A stretch of DNA of 64,000 bases from Spironucleus salmonicida (taxonomy: Eukaryota), in contig NC_090603.1 of assembly GCF_000497125.1 (NCBI RefSeq), positions 806,001 to 870,000 on the forward strand, given 5' to 3'. A program made the position numbers and the translations under genes. How positions within the stretch are numbered: position 1 is the stretch's first letter; each line of letters opens with the position of its first letter. This document shows positions 24,100-36,339 of this stretch, piece by piece. Under the pieces are notes generated by a model. It was not told where the DNA came from and did no database searches. It saw only the letters and a program-made list of their open reading frames with translations.

Positions 24100-24552
24100 T
24101 CACTTAGAAATAGCAGTTTATAACTGTAAAATATAGTTATTCTATTAGGCAACATGATCCGCAAGCTTTTTATTATTGTCTTAGTGTATGCATAATTAAA
24201 CAGTATTAGATAAATGTAGTTACTATAAATGAATATCAACTTCTTGCTAAATCATATCTTAGAATGAAATTGTTTGTGTTTCCATGTTAACAGCGTGCGG
24301 AGTTTTTAATAAAGATTATATATTTTAATTCTCCGCTAGAAGTTTCGAGATTAGAAGTGAAATGTGCTTTAAGTCGCTCTACGCTTTCTCTGCGGAGGGG
24401 CCCTGGCCGGCGTGGAGGTCGGCGAGCCTGGCCTCGAGGAGCCTGTTCTGGGCCTCGAGCGAGCCATTGAGCTCCACGAGCTGCTCAGTGCTCCAGAAGG
24501 CCGGGATACTCGACGGGATGGCGAGCCTCGGGGTGCCGGTGCTGGCGTTCAT
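24100..24552 (-). CDS. Coiled-coil protein, 150 aa, paralog A (first half inside IR2)
   Basis: Frame runs from the GC-rich arm into AT-rich DNA and ends AAGTGA; same length as 37919-38371. Confidence 0.75.
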
Positions 24553-24683
24553 TGTGGGCGGGGGAATCGGATGTGGTGGGTTTGTGCGGAATGGTGTATC
24601 CTAGAAATAGGAATGACTCCGGGATGTTTCTGCCATCCGGGTATTCCTCCGGACCACTCCGGGGTTTGTAGGGCCCGCTCCGC

Positions 24684-25100
24684 ATGGACGCCCAGCACCG
24701 CGACGTGGTCTCCCAGAGCCGCGTGCAGACCCTGCTGCTGCAGAACGCTCTCATGCTCTTCACGTACCAGACCCTCACGGCCGCCTTCCGCGCCGGGGAG
24801 GCCCCGCTCTCGCTCTACGCGATCCCCTGCTGCTACCTCGCGATCGACGCGGTCGCAGCCGGCGTGTCCCTGCACTGCTCGGTGCTCGCGGTGCGCACCC
24901 GGCCCGGCGGGCAGCAGACCCTCCCCACCAACTGCCTCAAGGGGCCCGCCTACGGCGCCGTGCTTGCCCTCGCCTGGGCCTTCGTGCTGGTGCTCCAGGG
25001 CGCGGGGAGCATCGCGGGGGTGGTGTCGGGGGTCGCACTGGCCTTCTCCGCCGTGATGCTGGCCGTCCTCGGCGTCGCCCTCACGGTCCCGGCCGAGTGA
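24684..25100 (+). CDS. Multi-pass membrane protein, 138 aa (IR2 copy)
   Basis: About four hydrophobic segments; ends GAGTGA. Confidence 0.65.
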   Translation: MDAQHRDVVSQSRVQTLLLQNALMLFTYQTLTAAFRAGEAPLSLYAIPCCYLAIDAVAAGVSLHCSVLAVRTRPGGQQTLPTNCLKGPAYGAVLALAWAFVLVLQGAGSIAGVVSGVALAFSAVMLAVLGVALTVPAE

Positions 25101-25116
25101 GGTAATTCCACTCCAC

Positions 25117-25611
25117 ATGAGCACTCTGGTCGTGCCCGAAGCGGAGGCAGGCAAGGCGGCCTACCTGATCCGGCGCTTCGGCCTGGCTGGGGTCGTGCCG
25201 CACCCCCTCTCCTACTACTGCCTGCAGCGCTCCTTCTTCGACGCCGGCCCGCTGTAGCCGCGCCTCTTCTTCCGCCGGCCGGTCGAGGCGGGCCGCTGGG
25301 TCGCTGTGTCCCACATCTCGCAGTCGCTGGAGGCCGACCTGATAGTTTCCGACGACTTCGGGACCGCCGTCGGCGCCCTGCTCCTCGCAGCCGGGGTGGA
25401 GCTGGCGCCCGCGAGCGCTGCCCAGGCCGAGCGGGAGCTGGGCAGGAGACCCGTGTATCGGGAGCTGGACCGCATCACGGCCATCCCGGGTGTGGGCCCG
25501 GTGCAGGGCCAGCACCTCCTGGAGCAGTTCGGCAGCCTGCGCGAGATCATGCGCCTGGTGCGCGGGGGGCATCGCCTGGGCATCCGGGGTCTGGAGCAGA
25601 TGCTGCAGTGA
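25117..25611 (+). CDS. ERCC1/FAAP24-like helix-hairpin-helix protein, 164 aa (IR2 copy)
   Basis: ITAIPGVGPVQGQHLLEQFGSLREI HhH motif; CCACTCCAC-ATG start; one internal TAG. Confidence 0.65.
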
Positions 25612-25619
25612 CCAATTCC

Positions 25620-26084
25620 TCACTCGACCTGCACCACCTCGCACGCCTCGTTCTTGCCGTCCAGCTGCCCCAGGCGCTGAAGCTCCTCCATCCCGGCGGC
25701 GACGGTGCCACACTGCACGAGGTCCCGCAGCGGGAGCTCCGCAAACGCCACCACGAACTCGCTGGCGCCCGATATACAGTACACGCCACTCGCCGCGGTG
25801 CGAACGGCCCCCTGGAACTGGACCTCGGGGGCGTCCTCGGAGGGGCAGCCGAACTGCGCGTAGAGGTCCGTGAAGACTGGCTGGACGTAGGTGTTCAGCA
25901 GCTGCGGCTTGAGCCTCTTCACGCCGACCAGCGTGGGGCAGCAGACCCGGCGCAGCAGCTTGATCGCCTGCAGCTGTGTCTCGTCGGGCGAAGGCAGCAG
26001 CTGGATGGTGAGGTGGAAGCAGGTGTGCTCCGAGCACAGCTTGAGGTCCAGGTGCTTCGTGAGCTGCGGCGTCGACAACCGCAT
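25620..26084 (-). CDS. Hypothetical protein, 154 aa (IR2 copy)
   Basis: GC3-biased frame MRLSTPQL...; ends GAGTGA. Confidence 0.65.
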   Translation of the reverse strand: MRLSTPQLTKHLDLKLCSEHTCFHLTIQLLPSPDETQLQAIKLLRRVCCPTLVGVKRLKPQLLNTYVQPVFTDLYAQFGCPSEDAPEVQFQGAVRTAASGVYCISGASEFVVAFAELPLRDLVQCGTVAAGMEELQRLGQLDGKNEACEVVQVE

Positions 26085-26131
26085 TGTTGCGGTCTTCAGG
26101 ATTATTATATATATTCCGCCATCGTATCCCA

Positions 26132-26197
26132 ATGCGCAGCGCCCTCATCCCGCTGTCCTCCCTCGAGTACTCGTAGTCAGCCGTCTAAGAAATCTTC
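26132..26197 (+). pseudogene. 5' fragment (22 codons) of the 35842-36339 gene
   Basis: MRSALIPLSSLEYSQSAVQEIF, after which no similarity to the intact copy is visible. Confidence 0.55.
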
Positions 26198-26319
26198 AGC
26201 TAGAGTTCATAAAAAGATTTCGTAATTATTTTTACCAGGAACTTAAAAATTATGTAAATTTATATTAACTTTTATAAAACTGTGTTTACTAATAAAAAAA
26301 TAATAGTAAAATTCATACA

Positions 26320-27237
26320 TCAAATTAACTTTTTAATTCTTTTCCCCATTTCTCTTATACAGTCCATATACTAAATTGCCATTTCTGCTTCTTCATTTTA
26401 ATTATACAATAAACTACTTTGATGTTTTAATTTTTACTTTAATTTCTTATATTTTTCTTAACTTAGTTTTAATTTTTTTTCTAGCTCTTTAACTCGGTTG
26501 GATAAATAAATATCTTTAGAACTATTTTAGGAGTCATTGATGTTGTCTGCGTTTAATGACTAGTAAATATTAAAATTTTCCTTTGTATAAGGTGTTATAT
26601 GTTAAACAGAAGCAGATTTATTCATATTTATACCCATATCTTAATTATGAGTGCTATCCAACTCAATATTATATGAATCAAAATACGATTACGTTTCAAT
26701 AGATTTATATTAACATTGGTTTTAAGTTGATTAAGATTTTTATAAGTTGATATTATCTAGTACTAAAGAGTCTATAAGAGATTAATATTTCTTTGTGGAT
26801 TCAAATTATTACTAAGTTTAAATTAGGTATTCACGTTCCTAATGTTAATATTTTAAAATTAAATCCTATTAATGCTAAATTTATGAGTTTTAATTAGCTA
26901 TTTATAATTCTAATAACAATGTTTACTCTTAATTTTAATTCTATATAGAAACTATTTAACATTAGCTTTTGGTACTACTATCATCATTTTCTGATAACAA
27001 TTCTGCTGTCAAAAATAATTACTTATCCATACAGTTTGTATGAGATGTCTAAGAAAGGTGCACATTTGATTATGATATTTAGCTATCTAATACTTGTTTA
27101 AATGAATCTTATAATAAGCTAATAGTTTTGTTGCTAATAGATTCATAAGTTTTTGGTTAGGAAGAGCGGCAAAAAGAAACACGTTACCTACTTTGGTAGT
27201 AATTTTGTTCTTTGAGTTTATCTAGTAGATTTGGCAT
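26320..27237 (-). CDS. Gln-rich coiled-coil protein, 305 aa
   Basis: Translated through without TGA; weak resemblance (ELLSEND, ETQSYFD) to the 150-aa family. Confidence 0.65.
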
Positions 27238-27617
27238 TTTTCTTATGATTATATACTATTTTTATTTATATATACTGATGAATTACATCCTTATCTAAAT
27301 ATTTTATTTTATTATTAGTTCATGTGATAGTAAATATTCTTTGATTTTTCAAAATACTAATTTGGTTAAAGTAATAATATATATATATATGTAAAACTTA
27401 ATATATCAAATCAAGAAATATACTACTTATTATAATATTTAATATATATCAATAATATTTGTTTTAGTATTATTTGAATGAAATAAGCTCTTTATTACTT
27501 AAGCGTGTATATAGTTATAATACCATATTATCTAAATTAGTTACAAACTCTAATAATACTATCACATAAAACTAATATATTTAAATATATTAGTTTTATA
27601 AAAATAATAATCTACTC

Positions 27618-28172
27618 TCATTCATCCAAAAGACTCAGCAACCCTTATTTAATCTTTATCTGATATTAATTTTTATTTTCTATTTTTTAATTAGACTTAC
27701 TCTTCAGTTATTGTTCTAAATTTTTTATCTTAGCTTCCTATGATATCATTTATTCTGTAAGTCTTTATCTCTCTTAAATTAACTTATCACAGTCTCCTTA
27801 AATTCTATAATGCAAGGTAGCAGCTTGCACATTATAAGAATCTTCTATATGTAACTTAATAGATTATGCATTTATTTCGATATCTTAGCTGGTAATTTAA
27901 CTCTTCAGAAGTTATTATTATTTAAGGTCCTGATTTTCCTTTATAAGATTCGAAAGTAGAAATGATATTTAAGTTAAGTCAGCTTATGTGTTTTTCTTAG
28001 CTGTTCTAGGTGAATATGCGTATTTTTATAATTATTAAGTAAGCTTTTAGTTACATGATTATAATTAAGCAAAATGTTCTTTAAGAAATTTCAAGGAATG
28101 GTTAGATTCATCTATAACCGTAAATTAGGCAGAAGATAAATTGATTTGAGGCACTTATAAAATTATAGTCAT
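27618..28172 (-). CDS. Coiled-coil protein, 184 aa, diverged paralog of the 150-aa IR2-edge proteins
   Basis: TQADLTQISFLLSNLIKENQD versus AQSDLKHISLLISKLLAENKD. Confidence 0.7.
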
Positions 28173-28388
28173 TTTGTTATACTAACAAACCCAGTTATAT
28201 TTATTTATATTATATTATGAAATAAATTTCTGTCTAAATTTATTAATTCTATTCTAAATTAGTAAATGTGAAATATCATAAATATAATCTCATATAAAAT
28301 TAATTATTAAAATTATTTGATTGATGAAGATATTTATCCAAATAATTGTATATTATACTCGGTATACCCTCAAAATAATTTATTTCTT

Positions 28389-28829
28389 TCACTGATTTGA
28401 TGGAGTCATAATTTACTTTATTGTTTAATTCGCTAAGTAAAGGTTATTATTAATTAGTTTCCTTGATAATATTTTCAATTCTGTTAATTCGTCTTTTTAC
28501 TAAGTATTTTCATTGAACTATTAAATATTTTTATAAAGTTTTTAAATCATTATACTTTGTTATTATATATTTTATTATTATGCTGAATAATAACTGTTGT
28601 ATTAAAATTCAAACTATTAGTATTGCTTAATGATTCTTTATTATTCTTAAATAATAGAGTTCACCTCGTTTTCTGTTTATACTTCCTAATTAGACGTAGC
28701 ACATAACTAAAAACTTGTATTATTTATATCTTATTCTTGCTGTTATGATATAGATATCTTTAGTTAATTCAGTGATTAATTCATCTCAAATTAGATATCC
28801 GAGTAGGATTTTTAGTTGGGTTAAATCAT
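28389..28829 (-). CDS. Gln-rich coiled-coil protein, 146 aa
   Basis: Open code-6 frame ending CAGTGA. Confidence 0.5.
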
Positions 28830-28980
28830 CTAAAAATAATGTAGAGTGTTTGTAGAACGTATATCATTTATAAATCCTACTAATATAACTATTATATTTA
28901 TGCTTATTTTTACTTTGAATAGTTTAAAAAATTGTTTCGTTATTAAGTAAACTTTTGATAAAAATTCGATCACTATAAAA

Positions 28981-29247
28981 TCATCCAGGACACATCATTT
29001 TTACCCCAACAATAATTGCCACAATCCATCCCCAGAATATAAAGCATGTGAAGAACATACTAGCACCTGCCACCATCACACCACAACAGGAGGGCCTAAA
29101 GCATCCGTAGCAGCAAATTGAGCAAATACATAAACCTGAACCAGGGAAGAAGATGTTTACTAATCCGGCACAGCATTGGCAGCGTTCAAAATGTGGTTCC
29201 TAACATTTGAAAAAGATATCACAACAAGAAGGCTCCTCATTCGACAT
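28981..29247 (-). CDS. Cys-rich small membrane protein, SPEC3/Stum-like, 88 aa
   Basis: LVNIFFPGSG...FIFWGWIVAIIVG pattern. Confidence 0.6.
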
Positions 29248-29862
29248 TTTGAGCTGTTGTAGAAAGTAGATTAAAAGATATTGTTTAAATACTATTTACT
29301 ATAAAATCATAAGTTTATCTAATTCTTTAACCTCCATCAATACATATACATCATTCTGGATTGAACTAAGACTTAAAATTTATATTTATAACTATTAAAA
29401 TTCTTTTTATAATCAAGAATAATGTTACTTAACTACTATACATATTCTTTAGCGGACTAAATTATACTATTAATATTGTACACTATTTTTTTTCAATTTT
29501 AGTTCAAATTTACATATATACTTAGCTTTACCGTTATTTAAACACACTGAATATAGTAGGTTTAAAGCGAAAATATTAACAAATCGAGTAATTTTTCATT
29601 ATTAATGCTGAACCCTAACTCAATATGTTATTTTCTTAATAACAAACGTTTGGATCTCGGAAATTGTACCAAACTCACCAAAATACTTTCATTCTACTCG
29701 CAAAATCCATATTTTATAACCCTCAAATTCTTGCATTATATCAACTCAGCCTTCCTAAGGCGTCTTTTTCTAAAATTTCAACCAGATAAAACCGCTAACC
29801 TCAAGGAAATTACCGTATCTTCCTATTTTCCGAAAAAATATCTCAGTATCACTTAAAATCAC

Positions 29863-30369
29863 TCACTCGTAGCTCCGCATACACACCAAAATCTGATTCA
29901 GGATAGAGTCGACCACCGCCTCGCAAAACGCGACGTCGACTACGACCTTTTCCACTTCCAAATTCACGCCAAATCCAATTTCCGGCAGCTCCTTCAGCGG
30001 CTGCTCCTCAAATTTCACAGAAAAATCGGTGGTTTTGCCGTCAAACTCAGTAGAATTTTCGTGTAATTTGCAGAACGAAACACCGACGGCATCGGCGTAG
30101 CATCCGAGAAGCGCAGGCTCAGAGCAAGAAGGAAATGCGCAGCGCGCTACATTTGCGGATGCTGGAAAGTGGTGCGCGCAGAATTTCGCGTGGGGGAGTG
30201 CTGGAAACTAACAGAAAACGCATTTAGTAGAAGGGGGCGATTTGAACGTTTTCGGATGTACCTGCGAAATAGCTGTTGATTTCAGAAGAATTGGTGTAAT
30301 TGGCTGCGAAAATAGGTCAGGTTATGTTTAAAGAGCTAGATAAGCATTAATTTTGTCAATATTTGACAT
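29863..30369 (-). CDS. Zinc-finger protein of the zf-C3Hc3H (KANSL2/INO80D-like) type, 168 aa
   Basis: CVFCQFPALPHAKFCAHH...RCAFPSCSEP...FCKLH; ends GAGTGA. Confidence 0.65.
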
Positions 30370-30455
30370 TTTCTAGAGTGGTGTGAATTAATAAAATTTA
30401 TAATAGTATATGATAAATATTTATATAATTATCCGTTCCTATATTTCTTAAAGTA

Positions 30456-31382
30456 ATGTCAGATCATGAAAATAAGTAGGAAGAAGTGGAGTTAGATATT
30501 TTTAATGCTCTAAGTTCCAAAAAAGTATCAGATAGGATATCAGGTATAAATGCTTTTCAAAGCTACCTAAAGACAAATGATCCAATTACAGATTTATCAG
30601 ATGCAATTATTACATGTTTCAAAAAGTAGCCAGATAACCCAGAATTGTTCGATTTCTTATCTCATTTTATATTAACGAACACTACAGAAGATTTAGAAAA
30701 CAGTATTTTCTCTTTCTTTGATGATTAGAGAATTTCGATTCTTCTTAATTAACCATCTTCAGATTCGTTGATAATTTTTGCATCTATTTATTAAGTTTTT
30801 ATTTCATCATCCGATCTAATTGTGTAGAAGTTATTTGAATTATTCAAAGATAGGCCAACAGAAACTCTATGTACGGCTCTTTCATATATTACAGTTTCTA
30901 ATTTAGAGTTAGTTTAGCATCTTATATAGTAAACTGAAACCATTCAATCTTTATTAGAAAGTGATAATATTAGTCTATAAATAGGAGCAGCACGTTTGGC
31001 ACTATCGTCTGCAGTAGCTGAAAATTACGTTTCCAACTTTGAAGAGTTAAATGATATTTATGGTTATAAAATTAGTACAGAAAATAAGAAACTTTACAGA
31101 AAAAGCTTTGGTGAATTTTTGGACGAACTAAATGGAGAATTTAAAGGCGAAAATATAAAAATTGGTCGCGAAACTATTGAAATTGATAGTAGAGAATTTC
31201 AGGACAGATATGATATGATTAAGAATGGTATAAATGATGGAAATCTGAATTACTGGTTGTGTAAAGGCTTGAGAGTTAGGGAATTTTTAGGTTTAGGAGA
31301 TGTGGTAACCGATGTAATTTCAAAAAGACAATCAAAATAAGAAAAATAACACGAAAAAATAAAAAGAAAATAGAACAAGTGA
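30456..31382 (+). CDS. IFRD (interferon-related developmental regulator)-like protein, 308 aa
   Basis: KKLYRKSFGEFL...ENIKIGRETIEIDS...RYD...VREFLGL resembles the IFRD C-terminal region; ends AAGTGA. Confidence 0.7.
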
Positions 31383-31441
31383 TAAATCATTCTTTGTATG
31401 TATAATATATATGTTATATAATTCCGCTCCAAATTTACAAA

Positions 31442-33220
31442 ATGTTATCTATGCTTTCTTCGGCACATGTGGGAAATGACACCACAATGGCTTCTTCTCG
31501 TTACCCTAATTTTACTGATTTTGGTATTAAGTCTCAAATAATTGCGTAGTCACCTTTACCAGGGTAAATGTCTGGTCCAAAACTTCAGTAAGTATCTGAT
31601 GAGCCTTTATAATATAAAACTTCTACCAAATTAAATCTTGAAATGAATACTGAAAATTCAATTTCAGTATCAGTTCTGACAAAAAATGGCGGATCATTGG
31701 TCGCCAAAGCCAGCTCATTAGGGTCAGTAGATGGATTTTGTAAACCCTTATTAGAGAAAGTAGATGAAGAATGTTATTAATGTAAATTGTATGCACGGGG
31801 ATAGTTTGTGGGAACAGGTGAAACTAAGATTACGATCTCTGAAAATCTTACAGATATATGCTCAATTATTTTAGAATTTTAAGTTATTGAATAGAAGCAA
31901 ACATAAAGTGGTTTTAACCCTTATTCAAACCAAGCATAAATTCCTCCACCTCCTTAAGCTTCAGTATCATTTTAGAATCAGTCTATAAATAATTAAACAG
32001 GAGTTTACACAACTTAAATGATGAACTAACATATGAATCAAACATAACATTCTAACACACCTGCAACTTTTTATCCAGGTATATCATATGCTCCTAATTA
32101 GTCAATTTATGATGCTCCAAATAACTACTCTTCATAAATTAATTAACCAACTCCAGCCCCTTAGTAGTTTTAATCAAATGTTACTCCTCTTTAAAATTAT
32201 ACATAAGTACCATTATCTGTTCCAGTTAATGCACCATCTGTGGATATTTAGAATTATGATTAGTAGTAGCAGTAGCAGCATTTCTAAAATTCAATGCATA
32301 ATTCAAGATCTTAAAACATACTTAAATAATCAATTGCATAGACACATTCGCACGATAATCAAATACATGTACCTAATACCCGAGAATCGATTAACAACAT
32401 TGTTACTTCAAATAAGGTAATTCGTGTTTTACCATCTGATGCTATATTTCCACCAGCAGACGCTATGCATCCATCGGTACGTCCAATACGTGTAAGAAAT
32501 GTATTCAATGAACCATTATAGATATCTTGTTCTATTATAGGAAGAAGTTATGACCCTGATATTGAAAAAAATGTTAACTGTTGTAAAACAAATTAACCAT
32601 TCACTATTGTTTAGAATTAAAAATTTACACTTTAAAATTGCGTAGATCCTGATTAAGAAATAATTTCACAAGATGTTATCATATAATTTTAACCGAGAAA
32701 TGCATAAATTACTGAGCAACAATAGTGGTTATTTGCTGCGAAACTGGTTATTTAAGTAGTTGGGCAGACTGTTAAAAAATCATTTTAGGTACCTTTATTA
32801 GGTGCTTTTGGTTAACCTGATATTGTTACGAAAATCATTTCTAATAACTAGTTGATGATTGAAAATATAGGCTAGTGTCCATCGTTTTTAAGACTTAAAC
32901 CAGTGATATCTGGTTAGAACAAGAAACATGCTAGAAATGCTATTCAAGCTCCATTAGCACTTGATTTTGATAGCTTGGTTTTGCAACCTGGTTAATGCTA
33001 AACAGTAAGATTAACTTAAATTTAAACAGAATATAATATGAGTACTGATGAAACTGTATGTATTGAAATTAGATATGGTCATGAAGCTTTACGACTTTTA
33101 GCTTTGGCTAGTGAAGGTAAGGGTGCTTGGAAAGGAATTTATGATGTTTTAAGAATTAAAGATGATGTTTTAAGAGTCATGGGTAATTGCTTAGAATGTT
33201 AAATTGTGGAAATTTAATGA
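31442..33220 (+). CDS. Hypothetical protein, 592 aa; Q/P-rich linker and possible Ig-like (ASH/MSP-type) C-terminal domains
   Basis: ATG and TGA in frame; IRVRN, IENIG and LVLQPGQ motifs are only suggestive. Confidence 0.6.
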
Positions 33221-33365
33221 TTTGTTGTTTATATAGTTTATTAGTATAATAACTATTATTATTACCACAAGTAGATTTGAAGTTATTTTAAAGAATTAAG
33301 ATAATATTATAATTATAAATAATTATAATAATATATTATAGTTAGAATATTATTTAAAGATTTAA

Positions 33366-34745
33366 ATGATTAGAGCGCTTCAATTTCTCATAGCTGTCTT
33401 TTCATTTATTACTATAAAATTAACCTTTTCACATTTAAATTGTTTTAAGAATCCATCAAGGTAGATGTTTGTTATCAACATCATCAGACTTTCAACCTCA
33501 ATTTTATCCTCATATTTTTTATATTAAAATTAAAACTAAAATTCATGGCTGCTATTCTTAATTGGATCTCCAACTTTCTTCCTTAATTTTCCAAATGTAA
33601 AATTTTTCCGCAAACAAAAAATAGATCATAAAGTTCATTTTTCTATAATTTCATCTTCCTTTTTTATTCTTCCATTATTTTTTGTTTTTGTACTTACTAT
33701 TCATATTTTTAAGTTAGAGCTCATTTTTGCTTATTTAACTTCGGAGTTATGGTTTTCAACATATCCAGTTTTGAAGTTTAATAGAAATAGAAATATGCTT
33801 ATCTAAATTAAAGAATTTCTGTCACTATCTGCAGTATATTATGCATTTTAAGGAAATGAGAAATTAGCTAACAACTAACTTTTATCATCCATTATTATTG
33901 CCTTTTTTAATTTTACATTTTGCTCAATACCAAAATTTTGGTATGCGAACATCATTTCGCTTTTAAATATGCTTTGTGGTATTATCGCAATTTATAAGTA
34001 GATTTTCGAGTTTTCAACAAAACCCCAATTTCGTGTTCTGTTCTACGTACTAGCTGGCCAGTTTTTCGATGTATTTGATGGTCGTGCGGCGGATAGATTT
34101 GGCAGTACAAAATATGGAGAAATGTTTGATGATGCTGCTGATTTTACTAGTTTTGGTGTAGCCACTGGAGTATTAATATATTAGAGTTTCCATCACACTT
34201 TTTATTTTTCGCATTCTGTTTCACTAATAAGTGCTATGTTTTATATTTCTTGCGTAGCTTTTCGTCTCGTGCGTTTTGTTATTAATAAGCACAAATCAGG
34301 AAAAACTGGTGGAGTTCGTTTCTTCGAGGGCCTACCTAGCCCGGCAACGAGTGCATTCGTGATTACTTTAACCGTCGGAATTTAAAGCTTTAAAATGTAG
34401 AATTTGAGTGTTTTTGAACATTATAAAAAAATTATATAGGTTATCTATTTGGGTTTAATTATTTGTATTCTTACTCTTACTGTATCAAAAATAAAATATG
34501 CCCATTTTGGGCGTGTTTTCGCAAGCAAAGACTTTGTTTCGCACAAAGCTATGGGTATGTGTGGGTTTGCGTTAATAAGTGCTGTTTCATAGTGTATTGT
34601 TACTAAAAATCCGGATGGTATAGTTGGGTTTGGAATAGTTGGTATAGTTTGGTATATTTTTTCACCAATTTTGACTTAAAAGCTATATTTGAGAGCTGAG
34701 ACTGCGGATATGGAAAGTAGCGAAACAGATGACAAAGATGAGTGA
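33366..34745 (+). CDS. CDP-alcohol phosphatidyltransferase (PssA/phosphatidylserine synthase type), 459 aa
   Basis: DVFDGRAADRFG...GEMFDDAADFTSFG, RLVRF and FEGLPSPA motifs. Confidence 0.88.
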
Positions 34746-35030
34746 AACTAATTGTAATACTTGAATGGTCCAATTTATTATGATCAACAATTATTTTACC
34801 ACACGAAATAATAAAAATCTATAAAATTATCAACTAGTTAGTTTATTATTTATTAGGGAAAACATACCTAAGAATTTAGAATAAAATATTATAAAATTTT
34901 TAACTATTAAGTAAAAATCTTTAACTGTATTATATTTTAATTAATTAGTTCATTTACGAATATATTTTATAAATATCTATACTATATTATATATAAATAT
35001 ATTAAAAAATTATTTTTTGTCCTCTAAGAA

Positions 35031-35645
35031 ATGAGTGACGCTTCAACATATAACGGAGGAGCTATCCTAGCTATGAAAGGCAAAAACTGTGTTGTAGTTG
35101 CAACAGATAAGCGTTTAGGCGCAAGTTATTAAACAATAACAATGAATTACCCTAAAATCTCCCAGCCTAATAAGTCTTGTCTCTTGGCCATTGCTGGTTT
35201 TGCCTCAGATGCTCAGATGCTTCATAGAGATTTAGCATCAAGATGCGAACTTTTTGAGTTTGAAAACAATCGCTCTCTTACCCCTTCAGAGCTCATAAAT
35301 CTAGTATCTGCCGTACTTTATGAAAAACGATTTGGTCCACTTTTCGTCTCACCAATCATTGCTGGTATGGAAGGAGATATTTCAATTGTCGGTGGACATG
35401 ATTCTATTGGTGCTCCTGCCATCAGCGACTGGATCGTTGATGGTACTGCGAATGAGTTCTTACTAGGTCCAGCTTAGATGTACTGGAAAGAAGGAATGGG
35501 AAAAGAAGAACTAATTGAGTGTGCTAGTAAAGTTATGTAAGCAGGAACTAACAGGGATGCATATTCAGGATGGGGTATATAAATTCACTGCATGGAAGCA
35601 GATGGGTCCATGGAAATAAGAGATATAGCTTGCAGAATGGACTGA
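35031..35645 (+). CDS. PSMB3: 20S proteasome subunit beta-3, 204 aa
   Basis: [38 protein letters not shown], terminal RMD. Confidence 0.95.
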
Positions 35646-35841
35646 GTGAAATGTGTAGGGATAATATTAGATTAGTTGATTTATGTATATCAGATTTATC
35701 TTAATATTATTTTGTAAATAAAAGATTATGTATATTTATGGAGTCAAATATTAAATATAAAAAGAAATAAATTTTCTAACAATCTTTATTTTTATTAGCA
35801 AACTCAAGTGTTTACGTATAAAATTTAATTTCTTCCACCAA

Positions 35842-36339
35842 TCACTTCTTCACATCAAATTCTAAAAAATTCTTTTGCCTTAACGTCATATCAGCAGCCC
35901 TTTATTTGCTTGAATTAACTTCAACAGCTTTATAAAAACTTTACCAAGTGTTCTTTTTTTCAATTGGTTTAATTATTTTTTATTTAAACTGGTTAGCTCC
36001 AAGATAAGCTTATTATTGCTAAATAAAGCTATTTTCAAAAAGTTGTGTATTATTACTAGATTTAAGTTAAATTCTCTTAGGAATTTATCTCTCCTTCCGC
36101 AATCTATCAATTTCATCTGTTAGAGTTCTTTATAATATTTAATGTGCTTCTATGCGTTATTTATTAAGGAAATTTGCATATATTTTTTCTTTATGCAAGA
36201 CTGGGTTGGAGAATACTTAAGGTCTTATTGGCTAGGATCTAATAGGAGACATAAGTGATGTATCTACACGATCAAATATTTCTTAGACGGCTGACTACGA
36301 GTACTCGAGGGAGGACAGCGGGATGAGGGCGCTGCGCAT
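35842..36339 (-). CDS. Hypothetical protein, 165 aa, straddling the inner edge of IR2
   Basis: First ~20 codons GC-rich and inside the arm, remainder AT-rich; ends AAGTGA. Confidence 0.7.

Larger units (their letters stand above)
24328..26193. repeat. IR2 left arm (about 1.87 kb, GC-rich)
   Basis: Reverse complement of 36278-38143 (coordinate sum 62471); about four substitutions seen. Confidence 0.97.

Noticed and set aside
29605-30279. Plus-strand ORF of 224 aa
   Set aside because: Largely antisense to the zinc-finger gene, which has a clear motif and an AGTGA stop; not supported as a separate gene.
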